Positions 1 through 8,470 of a DNA stretch of 64,000 nt are shown in pieces; the first letter of the stretch is position 1, and every line of letters starts with the position of its first letter. Source of the stretch: Polyangia bacterium (GTDB lineage Bacteria > Myxococcota_A > Polyangia > JAAYKL01); NCBI GenBank assembly GCA_050287845.1, contig JBNKCR010000098.1:128001-192000 (forward strand), in the 5' to 3' direction. The position numbers and the translations under genes were made by a program. Below the pieces are notes generated by a model that saw nothing but the letters and a program-made list of their open reading frames with translations, was not told the DNA's origin and searched no databases.

Positions 1-113
1 TCGAGCAGTGTCATGTCCTTGCCACAGCATACCAGTGTTCCACCCGATGCATGGGCGACCTCGATTACATTTCCACAAACTTCACATTTGTAAACCTGTT
101 CTCTTTTTGTCAT
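1..113 (-). CDS. dfx: Desulfoferrodoxin (superoxide reductase), N-terminal desulforedoxin domain; truncated by the window edge
   Basis: Not in the ORF track. Manual translation gives MTKREQVYKCEVCGNVIEVAHASGGTLVCCGKDMTLL, with the CxxC...CC iron-binding pattern. A G-rich RBS lies upstream. Confidence 0.85.
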   Translation of the reverse strand, partial: MTKREQVYKCEVCGNVIEVAHASGGTLVCCGKDMTLL

Positions 114-196
114 TGTATCCCCTCTTAATTGCTGAAATTTCTTTTGTATTATGAACTTACGGGGAAGGTAAGCATGGAAAAGACAAAAGCAATCGG

Positions 197-595
197 TCAG
201 GCGGAATAATTTTTCAGAATATTGAATCCCAAATCGATATGCATTTTCAGGTCATGAAGATTGACCGGTTTACACAGGTAATCATCCGCGCCTCCTTCCA
301 GGGCGTCGATTGTATCCTCCACACCATCGTGACCGGTGAGCATAATGATGTGAAAATGCGAATGGTTTTCCTCGGCAAGCTGGCGAGCATGCTTACACCA
401 TGCGATACCGTCCATGCCCGGCATTGACCAGTCCAGAACGATCACTGAGGTATCATCGGGATTCAGGGCCGCGAGGGCATCCGTCTGACTTACATAGAAA
501 TCTGTATCCCATGCAGTTTCGAGTTTCGAAAAGTAACGTCGGAGCGAGTTCAGGAAAATTTCTTCATCATCCACAAATATTACTTTTTCAGTCAT
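197..595 (-). CDS. Single-domain response regulator (REC)
   Basis: VDDE acidic pocket, LDWSMPGMDG phosphoacceptor Asp, MLTG, DDYLCKP; no output domain. Confidence 0.9.
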   Translation of the reverse strand: MTEKVIFVDDEEIFLNSLRRYFSKLETAWDTDFYVSQTDALAALNPDDTSVIVLDWSMPGMDGIAWCKHARQLAEENHSHFHIIMLTGHDGVEDTIDALEGGADDYLCKPVNLHDLKMHIDLGFNILKNYSA

Positions 596-868
596 ATTGT
601 ACTCCCAAATACGGGAAACACAAATGTTTCCATTAATGTATAGCGCCGAAAAAGAGGAGTTATTAAGGGAAAATCAGAAAAAAAAATCGTAATTATGTTT
701 ACCGGGGAAAAAGAAAGGTTCACATATTATAGCGCATGGTTGCAAGATAGTTCGTTTTGAATATGGTATTTCGTGTCAGGGTGAGTTGTAATTCAATACA
801 GGACTATGACGTTATACTGAAGAGAGTTGTTTTTTCATCTTGAACGCTTTGTGATAACAGGAACCGAT

Positions 869-2584
869 ATGAAAAAGAGCAGGTTTTTTAAAGAATCCAA
901 ATTACGGAAATATAAGGATAAAGCGGCTGATTTAATCGAAAAGGGCAAGTATGAGAAGGCCTTGTCGATTTATCGCGATATTCTTGAAGCTTTCCCAGAC
1001 GATACAACGATGATGCTGAAATTGGGAGACCTGTGCCGACGTATGAAAATGTTCCCGGAAGCCGTGGCCGTGTACAGCGCCGCTGCCGAATATCATGCGC
1101 AGAGCGGACGATTGCTGCAGGCGATTGCCGTGTGTCGCGTAATCCTTGAGATTGACGCTTCCCACAGTGAGACACAGCGAAAGCTCGCGGCACTGTACGC
1201 ACAGAAATATGGGTCTGCCGAGCACTCCGGTGTACTGGATGTGCGCAAGGAAGTGGCAAAAGAGAAGGTGTTGCCTGCGGAGGAAGAAGTTCGGCTTACG
1301 GATGCGGATGTGGAAGTGGTTGTTCCGAAGCATCCTGAAAAATTACCCTCCGTTTCCCGGGCAGTTCCTTCCGCACCACCGATACCCGTGGAAGTGTATG
1401 ACGAAGAGCCGGAAGAAGATCTCAATGCAACCGCCAGGGTGAATACGCTAACCGAGAACGAAATTATTGAGGAAGAATCGTCTGACACATTTTCAGATCA
1501 GCCGCCTGAGGCGTTGTCGTTCGAAGACATCCGCGGAGACGACGGAGCGTTACGACTTGATTTTACGCCGCTGTTTGAGAACGACGAAGAGCCATCAGCT
1601 GTGTATGAACAGGTAGATTTGGATGAATATATCGCCGAACTGAAAGCGGAAGGCCTCACCGAAGAGCTGGAAGCGGAAGAGCGGGAACTGCATCATGAGC
1701 CCCGGACAGCCGCAGAACGCAATCTTGTGCTCAACATATCCCGACCGGCGCCACCGCTTCCTGTGTTGCCAACGATACCGTTGTTTTCAAGTTTGAGCGA
1801 AAGTGCGTTGTTCGACCTGATTAACGACCTGCCGCTCCGGCATTTTGATGCGCTGGAGACCGTGGTGAAGCAGGGGGAATACGGAAACTCGTTTTTTGTG
1901 ATTGTATCCGGATGCGTGGAGATTTTCAGGGATGGCGAGAGCCTGACAACTCTTGAGGAAGGTGCGTTTTTCGGTGAGATGGCCATGCTGTTTCCCGGTC
2001 CACGGCATGCTACTGTGGTTACGGCCGAACCGTGTGAACTTTTTGAAATTTCCAACGACGGGTTGGATAATCTGAAGAAGAAACATCCGCGCGTCGCCAG
2101 CGTGCTACTGGAGTTTGCGGAGGAACGGCTGCTGAACAATCTTTTAAACACGTCACCGCTGTTTGCGCCTTTCAGTGCGACAGATCGCCAGTCGTTGATG
2201 GATAAATTCGAGCCATACCTTGTAGAGTCCGGATCGGTCGTGATTCAGGAGGGGGAGTATGCAAACGGTCTGTACGTGGTTGTGATTGGTCAGATATCGG
2301 TCACTATGCAGGTGGCCAATGGCGAAGCGGTTGAAGTGGAAACCCTCAACGGAAACGATATTTTCGGTGAAGTGGGTCTGCTTTCACACCAACGATCGGT
2401 GGCCACTTTCACTGCGAGTACCCAGAGTCGCGTGCTGCTGCTTCCCCGTGAAAAGTTCCACGAACTGATTATGACCCATCCACAGGTTCTTGAACTCCTC
2501 TCGTCTCTGTCAGAGACGCGTCTGGCTGCCATGAATGACATGAAAGAACGCATGTATCACGCCCACCATGGGGCTACCCGGTAA
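869..2584 (+). CDS. TPR protein with an acidic linker and two cyclic-nucleotide-binding domains
   Basis: N-terminal TPR-like helices, an E/D/P-rich linker, then cNMP cassettes FFGEMAML...PRHATV and IFGEVGLL...ATF. Start placed at ATG 869 (AGGA RBS) rather than 827. Confidence 0.85.
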   Translation: MKKSRFFKESKLRKYKDKAADLIEKGKYEKALSIYRDILEAFPDDTTMMLKLGDLCRRMKMFPEAVAVYSAAAEYHAQSGRLLQAIAVCRVILEIDASHSETQRKLAALYAQKYGSAEHSGVLDVRKEVAKEKVLPAEEEVRLTDADVEVVVPKHPEKLPSVSRAVPSAPPIPVEVYDEEPEEDLNATARVNTLTENEIIEEESSDTFSDQPPEALSFEDIRGDDGALRLDFTPLFENDEEPSAVYEQVDLDEYIAELKAEGLTEELEAEERELHHEPRTAAERNLVLNISRPAPPLPVLPTIPLFSSLSESALFDLINDLPLRHFDALETVVKQGEYGNSFFVIVSGCVEIFRDGESLTTLEEGAFFGEMAMLFPGPRHATVVTAEPCELFEISNDGLDNLKKKHPRVASVLLEFAEERLLNNLLNTSPLFAPFSATDRQSLMDKFEPYLVESGSVVIQEGEYANGLYVVVIGQISVTMQVANGEAVEVETLNGNDIFGEVGLLSHQRSVATFTASTQSRVLLLPREKFHELIMTHPQVLELLSSLSETRLAAMNDMKERMYHAHHGATR

Positions 2585-2693
2585 CCGACAGAATCCGGTG
2601 TCTGTTGAGGTGGGTAACCTGAATTTGCTGGGATAACGCGCCGTTGCCAGATTTCGGACTTGTCACACAGTTGGATTTGATGAGGGGGAATTC

Positions 2694-2840
2694 TCAGGCA
2701 CCGAGGAGGCTGTGAATGGCGCCAATCAAGGCCAGTCCCACAAATACACCTATTCCATAAATGATCGGACCATTCTGTTCCCACCAGCTTCTGGCTGGCG
2801 CATTGTCTTTTATGTCATCAGTTGAATTGTTTTGAGTCAT
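2694..2840 (-). CDS. Small single-pass membrane protein, 48 aa, below the ORF-track cutoff
   Basis: MTQNNSTDDIKDNAPARSWWEQNGPIIYGIGVFVGLALIGAIHSLLGA; GGAG RBS 6 nt upstream; hydrophobic C-terminal helix. Confidence 0.6.
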   Translation of the reverse strand: MTQNNSTDDIKDNAPARSWWEQNGPIIYGIGVFVGLALIGAIHSLLGA

Positions 2841-2940
2841 TTGATTCTCCTATTCATTTTTGGTGCAGTCAGGCCTCCAGCGAGAGGCGACGCGCCGGAA
2901 ATTTCCGTCTTTTTCAGTTCATTTTGTTGAAATTTCGCGT

Positions 2941-3297
2941 TTACAGGAGAACCTGGGGAGGGCGGTCGAGTCTGGAATGCAGAGTTACACCATGGCTGGT
3001 CTCTCGACGCTGAGAGCTCTTCAACTGGATTTGACGACGCCAGGGCAGTTGCAGATGAGTTGCGACATCTGCTGAACTGAACTCTTCTTCCACTGAGGTT
3101 CTGGAGTGGTCCATGGGAAGTGATATCGGTGGCGCATCAGCTCCCTGGACAATGCTGTTGTCATTTGTGGTGTAGTGAGTGGTCCGAGGGGTTTCATTCA
3201 AAAAAAACAGCAGCATGAAGCCCGCGCATACAAACAGTATGTATTTGCAATATTCAGCTGACATCTTCACCGGGCCCCTTCTGTTTACTGAATCCAT
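2941..3297 (-). CDS. Hypothetical protein with an N-terminal TM/signal segment and a C-terminal DRPP motif
   Basis: 118-aa ORF with hydrophobic YILFVCAGFMLLFFL, ending HSRLDRPPQVLL; fills an otherwise empty interval. Confidence 0.45.
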   Translation of the reverse strand: MDSVNRRGPVKMSAEYCKYILFVCAGFMLLFFLNETPRTTHYTTNDNSIVQGADAPPISLPMDHSRTSVEEEFSSADVATHLQLPWRRQIQLKSSQRRETSHGVTLHSRLDRPPQVLL

Positions 3298-3592
3298 TTC
3301 GCGGGAGGTTCAGTTTTCTACAGTTTCTCTGTTATTGTAATACCTTATTCAACAAATATCAATTCTCCCGGCTGATTGATGTTTTGCCATTCGTCCGTAT
3401 TGTTACTGAACGATTAAGATTTATATGCCTGCGTTGTGTACGATTCTGCGAATGTCCAGGGAGGAAAATCGGTACATTATTGTTCAGCCCACTTTTTAAA
3501 AAATACAATTATGTGTCGAAAAAAAATGCCAGAGAATGGAAACCCACCCTGAATATCCCTGCCTGTGCGACCTTTATGTATTTTGTACATTC

Positions 3593-3608
3593 TGGTACAT
3601 TTATTGCT
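3593..3608 (+). promoter_or_regulatory. Sigma54 (-24/-12) promoter of amtB-glnK
   Basis: TGGTAC-ATTTA-TTGCT against consensus TGGCAC-N5-TTGCW, with exact GG-N10-GC spacing, about 60 nt upstream of the amtB start. Confidence 0.8.
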
Positions 3609-3670
3609 TGGGCCTCGTGCGACTTCAAGATGATTTCGTTTTTATTTGAATCGGTTTCAAGGAGACAAAG

Positions 3671-4960
3671 ATGGCCCACGTACCAAAAAAATTACTCATT
3701 CAAATTACCATGGCAGTTATAATGCTTTCGAGCGGAGTGGCGATGGCTGATGGAGACGCTGGACTCACCGCGTTGACCAGTTCTTCAAATACATTGTTCA
3801 TTCTCATCGGCGCAGTTATGATCCTGGCGATGCACAGCGGATTTGCCTTTCTCGAAGTTGGGTCGGTCCGGAAAAAGAATCAGGTCAATGCGCTGAACAA
3901 AATTATTGCGGAGTGGGGATTTTCCACATTGATCTACTTTTTCATTGGTTATCCAATTGCGCGCGGGATCAATTTTCTGGTGCCCATCACTGAGATGTCG
4001 GCCAATAATGGACTCGACTACGTGCGCTTCTTTCTGTTTCTGGGGTTTGCCGCATGTATTCCCGCCATCATTTCCGGTGGGGTTGCCGAGCGGTCGAGAT
4101 TCTGGACCAATTCCATTGCCGGCGGCGTTTTTGTTGGGCTGGTGTATCCACTGATTGAAGGCGCCACATGGGGCAATTTTTCGACGGCACTGGGAAGTTC
4201 TGAAGGTTGGCTGGCTTCAACCTTTGGTGCACCATTTCACGATTTTGCCGGTTCAGTCGTTGTCCATGCCACAGGTGGCTGGCTGGCGTTGCCTGCCGTG
4301 ATTCTGTTGGGCGCGCGTATGCGCGTTGCTGAAACGGATACGATCGAAGTCAGCTCCATCCCGTTTCTCGCCCTTGGTTCATGGATTCTGATTGTGGGCT
4401 GGTTTGGATTTAACGTGATGAGCGCCGGCGCAATTAATAGTATTTCGGGACTGGTCGCCATCAACTCGTTGCTGGCCATGGTCGGCGGTACTATTGCGGC
4501 ACTTGTTCTTTCCAGGAATGATGCCGGTTTTGTGCACAACGGAGCGTTGGCCGGACTGGTTGCCGTATGCGCCGGTTCAGATTTGTATCATCCCGTTGGC
4601 GCATTGGTGGTGGGCGTGGTCGCGGGTGCGATTTTTGTCTTCATGTTCCAGATTGAAACCACCAAACTGAAAATTGATGATGTGCTGGGAGTTTGGCCGC
4701 TGCATGGATTGTGCGGTATCTGGGGGGGGCTCGCTGCTGGTATTTTTGGACTTGAAGCGTTGGGGGGAGCCGGTGGTGTTTCGTTCATGTCGCAATTAAT
4801 AGTGTCACTTGGGGTCATTGCAGTGTGTCTGGTTGCCAGTTTTTCTGTCTATGGCCTTCTCAAGAAGACTGTCGGCATTCGTCTGAATCCGCAGCAGGAG
4901 CGAATTGGATCTGATATTTCCATTCACGCGATTGCGTCGTCACCGGAAGATGCTTTTTAG
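3671..4960 (+). CDS. amtB: Ammonium transporter
   Basis: GFAFLEVG..R.KN, ISGGVAER, DFAGSVVVH, WFGFN, IDDVLGVWPLHG (twin His); N-terminal signal peptide. Confidence 0.97.
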   Translation: MAHVPKKLLIQITMAVIMLSSGVAMADGDAGLTALTSSSNTLFILIGAVMILAMHSGFAFLEVGSVRKKNQVNALNKIIAEWGFSTLIYFFIGYPIARGINFLVPITEMSANNGLDYVRFFLFLGFAACIPAIISGGVAERSRFWTNSIAGGVFVGLVYPLIEGATWGNFSTALGSSEGWLASTFGAPFHDFAGSVVVHATGGWLALPAVILLGARMRVAETDTIEVSSIPFLALGSWILIVGWFGFNVMSAGAINSISGLVAINSLLAMVGGTIAALVLSRNDAGFVHNGALAGLVAVCAGSDLYHPVGALVVGVVAGAIFVFMFQIETTKLKIDDVLGVWPLHGLCGIWGGLAAGIFGLEALGGAGGVSFMSQLIVSLGVIAVCLVASFSVYGLLKKTVGIRLNPQQERIGSDISIHAIASSPEDAF

Positions 4961-5011
4961 AAACTGAGCCAGCGTTATAAAGATATGTTTAAAGGAAATT
5001 GAGGGATTGAA

Positions 5012-5353
5012 ATGAAACTTGTGATTGCAATTATTCAGCCGGAACGGCTGCCAAATGTGAAAGAAGAATTGTTCAAGGCAGAAGTCAGAAAAATGACCGT
5101 CAGTCGAGTGAAGGGCTGTGGACAGCAGATGGGATATGAGTCTGCATACCGAGGAAAAATTCATTCGGTGAATCTGCTCGACAAAATAAGAATTGGTATT
5201 GTTGTGAATGAAGATTTTGTTGAGAAGACAATCGATGCCATTGTTAAAGGTGCTCGGACTGGAAATATTGGCGACGGTAAAATCTTTGTGCAGAGCCTCG
5301 ATCGTTGTATCCGAATCAGAACTGGCGAAGAGGGCAGCGCTGCGGTCGGTTGA
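5012..5353 (+). CDS. glnK: PII nitrogen regulatory protein
   Basis: AIIQP, YRG T-loop, ARTGNIGDGKIFV, IRIRTGE; adjacent to amtB. Confidence 0.95.
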   Translation: MKLVIAIIQPERLPNVKEELFKAEVRKMTVSRVKGCGQQMGYESAYRGKIHSVNLLDKIRIGIVVNEDFVEKTIDAIVKGARTGNIGDGKIFVQSLDRCIRIRTGEEGSAAVG

Positions 5354-5663
5354 CCGGCCTATCCGGTGCTTCGGTTCTGTCGCCGGGGAACAATTCTGTA
5401 TCTCCGTAGTTACCCGATATTCTGCGACTCTGTCCGCATTATTAATGCGCAATGCGCGTTTCCACACCCATTCTCTGATAGAAAAACGATTAATTCGGTG
5501 TAAATTGAGTATTGTTGACCCAATTTAATATGTTTCAGGGGCCAACATGGGTTTGTTTTTTTTTAACGATAGTGTATTAATTCGAATATTTTGTTTCCGT
5601 AGCAGTGTTGATACCTGAATCGTTGAACCATGAAGTACTTGCACTATTGAGTTATCATTTGAG

Positions 5664-7166
5664 ATGGAGAAAAGGAACAAATTATCAGCCGGTTGGCAGT
5701 GGGTGACAGTAACAGCGCTGGCAGCGCTTCATCCCATACTGCTGTATTATTTGTATCCCATGTTTGGGGAAGTATCCAATATCATCGTTGTTGTTGCCCC
5801 GGTTGTCGCCACATTGTTTTTTGGATGGCGAATCGGATGGATGTTTATTCCCATCAATGTAGTCGCGACTGCAATCATATTCGGTCAGGTGTTTCAGTTT
5901 GGCAATGCTGAGGATGGACACAGAAAGGCTTTAATTTCAGCCGTTCTCATCGCAATTTTGTGTTTGGGTGCAGACAAATTGCGGAAGTACAAGTTGCAGC
6001 GAAAGATGATGCTGGAAGAGTTGAAACGCGCCAAAAAGATGGAAGCCCTGGGGCGACTGGCGGGTGGCGTCGCCCACGACATGAACAATACTCTGAATGC
6101 GATTATGGGGTCCGTGTTCGCACATCGTCAGGAACTGACCGCATATGGTAAATCTTTCAGGGATTTGGACAATATCGCTGCGGCCTGTGATCGCGGTGCC
6201 CAGTTGACCCAGAATCTGCTCGGGTTTGCCCGAAAAAGTACGACTGTAAATGAAGTGTTTTCCCTGAATCGAATCATTCTCTCCACTGAACTGCTGCTTC
6301 GCCGGACAGTGAACCGGAATATTCGAATTGTGACGATTCCCGCTGAGTCCGATCCATTTATGGAGGGAGATCGCGGGCAAATTGAGAATGCGGTAATGAA
6401 CCTGTGTCTGAATTCGCTGGACGCAATGGGCGACAGAGGAACCCTGACGCTATCCACTCATATATCCAAATCAATGGTTTCCCTTCAGGTGGCTGACACG
6501 GGTGGCGGGATGGACCTTTCGGTCCAGGAGCACGTGTTCGAACCTTTTTTTACAACCAAGGAAGAAGGTAAAGGCACCGGGCTCGGATTGGCGATTGTGT
6601 ATGGCGCAGTACACGCGATGAAAGGCAAAATCAGGCTGGAGAGTTCTCCGGGACTTGGGACTGACATTACTTTGTCATTTCCTGCGAAACAGGCGAAGGA
6701 TGCAACGTCGGATGCATCAGAAAGCGCAGCAACTCACTTGCTGGATGAGCTGGTATCTCTGGATGGGAACACTGTTCTGCTTATTGATGATGAGCCGCTG
6801 GTGGTTCGCGCTGGCAGCCGGATGATGAAAAGTCTCGGGTGTGATGTACTGACCGCCCAGTCCGGGGAGGAAGGTATCTCGCTGTTTAAACAGCATCTGG
6901 ATGAGATTACACTGGTGGTTCTCGATTTGATTATGCCGGACCTTGACGGGTTCAACACGTATGAACGGATACGGGAAATTTCGTCTGAGGTGCCGGTAAT
7001 TCTCGTGTCCGGCTATACAGAAGATTACGAACGGTTGCGTCAGTTCCACGATGAATCGTCGGTGACCTTTCTGGCCAAACCATATCGCGCCGGCAAATTC
7101 GGGAAGGTGGCGAAACGTCTGCTGGAGAAGAACAAACAGGACGAAAGTCGTATCAGTTCAGCCTGA
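5664..7166 (+). CDS. Membrane-bound hybrid histidine kinase (TM-HisKA-HATPase-REC)
   Basis: AGGVAHDMNN H-box, NLCLNS, DTGGG, FEPFFTTK, GTGLGL; C-terminal REC (IDDE, LDLIMP, AKP). Confidence 0.95.
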   Translation: MEKRNKLSAGWQWVTVTALAALHPILLYYLYPMFGEVSNIIVVVAPVVATLFFGWRIGWMFIPINVVATAIIFGQVFQFGNAEDGHRKALISAVLIAILCLGADKLRKYKLQRKMMLEELKRAKKMEALGRLAGGVAHDMNNTLNAIMGSVFAHRQELTAYGKSFRDLDNIAAACDRGAQLTQNLLGFARKSTTVNEVFSLNRIILSTELLLRRTVNRNIRIVTIPAESDPFMEGDRGQIENAVMNLCLNSLDAMGDRGTLTLSTHISKSMVSLQVADTGGGMDLSVQEHVFEPFFTTKEEGKGTGLGLAIVYGAVHAMKGKIRLESSPGLGTDITLSFPAKQAKDATSDASESAATHLLDELVSLDGNTVLLIDDEPLVVRAGSRMMKSLGCDVLTAQSGEEGISLFKQHLDEITLVVLDLIMPDLDGFNTYERIREISSEVPVILVSGYTEDYERLRQFHDESSVTFLAKPYRAGKFGKVAKRLLEKNKQDESRISSA

Positions 7167-8222
7167 AGTGCTGAAGCGGTACGAAGTGAACTGGCGATAC
7201 GGGCTTTCGGGGGTCACAACAGTGGAAGGAAAATCGGCATGATTGGGCGAATCCGGAAAATGTTGTGCTTCGAGGCATAATCCGCAGCGTCTGCCGTACA
7301 CAAACCCTTCTTTTCCGGTAATGGACCCATCCAGATTGTTTCCACTATAGAACTGTACGCCCGGTTGGTCGGAATGTACGGTCATTATCCGTCCGGAGAT
7401 GGCATCCGTCAGCACAGCGATTTCTCTGACCTTCCCCGGCTGGTAATCCACCAGAACAAAGTTGTGGTCGAATCCCCCGCCATAGATGAGCTGTTCATGG
7501 GGCTGCCCGATGTTGGCCTCGATGGGAACGGGTTGGCGAAAATCCATGGGCGAACCGGCAACACATTCAATCCGGCCAGATGGAATGAGAGTCGCGTTAA
7601 CGGGCGTGTACCCATCGGCATGAATCTGCAACGTGTGGGATTCGATGGACGTATCCGGAAAACCGGAAAGGTTGAAATAGGAATGGTGGGTCGGGTTCAG
7701 TATAGTGGGCTGGTCGGTGGTTCCCGAATACTCAAAACGCAATTCATTGTCGTTGCTCAGGCTGATGCGAATGTCGAGTCTGACATGGCCCGGATAGCTT
7801 TCTTCGCCATCATGGCTGTCCAGCGTGGCCCGCACGCCCACACCGTCTGCTACAGCAATTTCGTCCAGCTGCCAGAGCCTTCTGTTAAACCCCATGGGGC
7901 CGCCATGCAGATGCTGTTCTCCATCGTTTTGCGCCAGCTGATATGTTTTGCCATTGAGAGTGAACTGTCCGTTGTGAATCCGATTTCCATAGCGGCCAAC
8001 GATTGCACCCAGATATGGGTTGTTCTCCAGATACCCGTCCAGATGGTCATATCCAAGGACCACATCCGCGAGTTTTCCGGTGCGGTCCGGCACGTAAAGA
8101 GATTGAACAGTTGCGCCCAGATTGATGATGCTGAAACTGGCCCCGTCGGCATTGGTCAGGGTGAATCGGTGCACCGGTTGGCCGTCTGGCATTGTCCCCA
8201 AAAGGGTTTGTGTTGCAGTCAT
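7158..8222 (-). CDS. galM: Aldose 1-epimerase (galactose mutarotase)
   Basis: GRYGNRI, LHGG, THHSYFNL, GFDHNF, CLEAQHFPDSPN. Start at ATG 8222 with a GGAAGGA RBS. Confidence 0.95.
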   Translation of the reverse strand: MTATQTLLGTMPDGQPVHRFTLTNADGASFSIINLGATVQSLYVPDRTGKLADVVLGYDHLDGYLENNPYLGAIVGRYGNRIHNGQFTLNGKTYQLAQNDGEQHLHGGPMGFNRRLWQLDEIAVADGVGVRATLDSHDGEESYPGHVRLDIRISLSNDNELRFEYSGTTDQPTILNPTHHSYFNLSGFPDTSIESHTLQIHADGYTPVNATLIPSGRIECVAGSPMDFRQPVPIEANIGQPHEQLIYGGGFDHNFVLVDYQPGKVREIAVLTDAISGRIMTVHSDQPGVQFYSGNNLDGSITGKEGFVYGRRCGLCLEAQHFPDSPNHADFPSTVVTPESPYRQFTSYRFSTSG

Positions 8223-8470
8223 AATGGATTCCTTCCAGATTGGAGGTTGAGGATTCAAAAATCCATGAATTTTCTGCTTTTTAATACTGAATCGTTTTTG
8301 TATCAAATTTTGTATGCCATTTGGTGTAATCGCCATTTTCGAATGCACTCATAATGTGAATAAACAGGCATAATTTGTAAACAAACTTTACAATTAACTG
8401 ATGACGATTGCCTGGATTCTGTATATGGTAGTTCTGCCAATTTAACCCAAACGACGTGAGGTACTTTGAA

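Noticed and set aside
3384..3722. 112-aa ORF upstream of amtB; likewise ORFs 10535-10750 and 33558-33797
   Set aside because: No RBS or motif support; they span promoter or intergenic DNA.
8290..8330. Sigma54-like TGGCAT upstream of galM
   Set aside because: No GC at the -12 position with the required spacing.
7365..8354. 329-aa plus-strand ORF
   Set aside because: Antisense shadow of galM.
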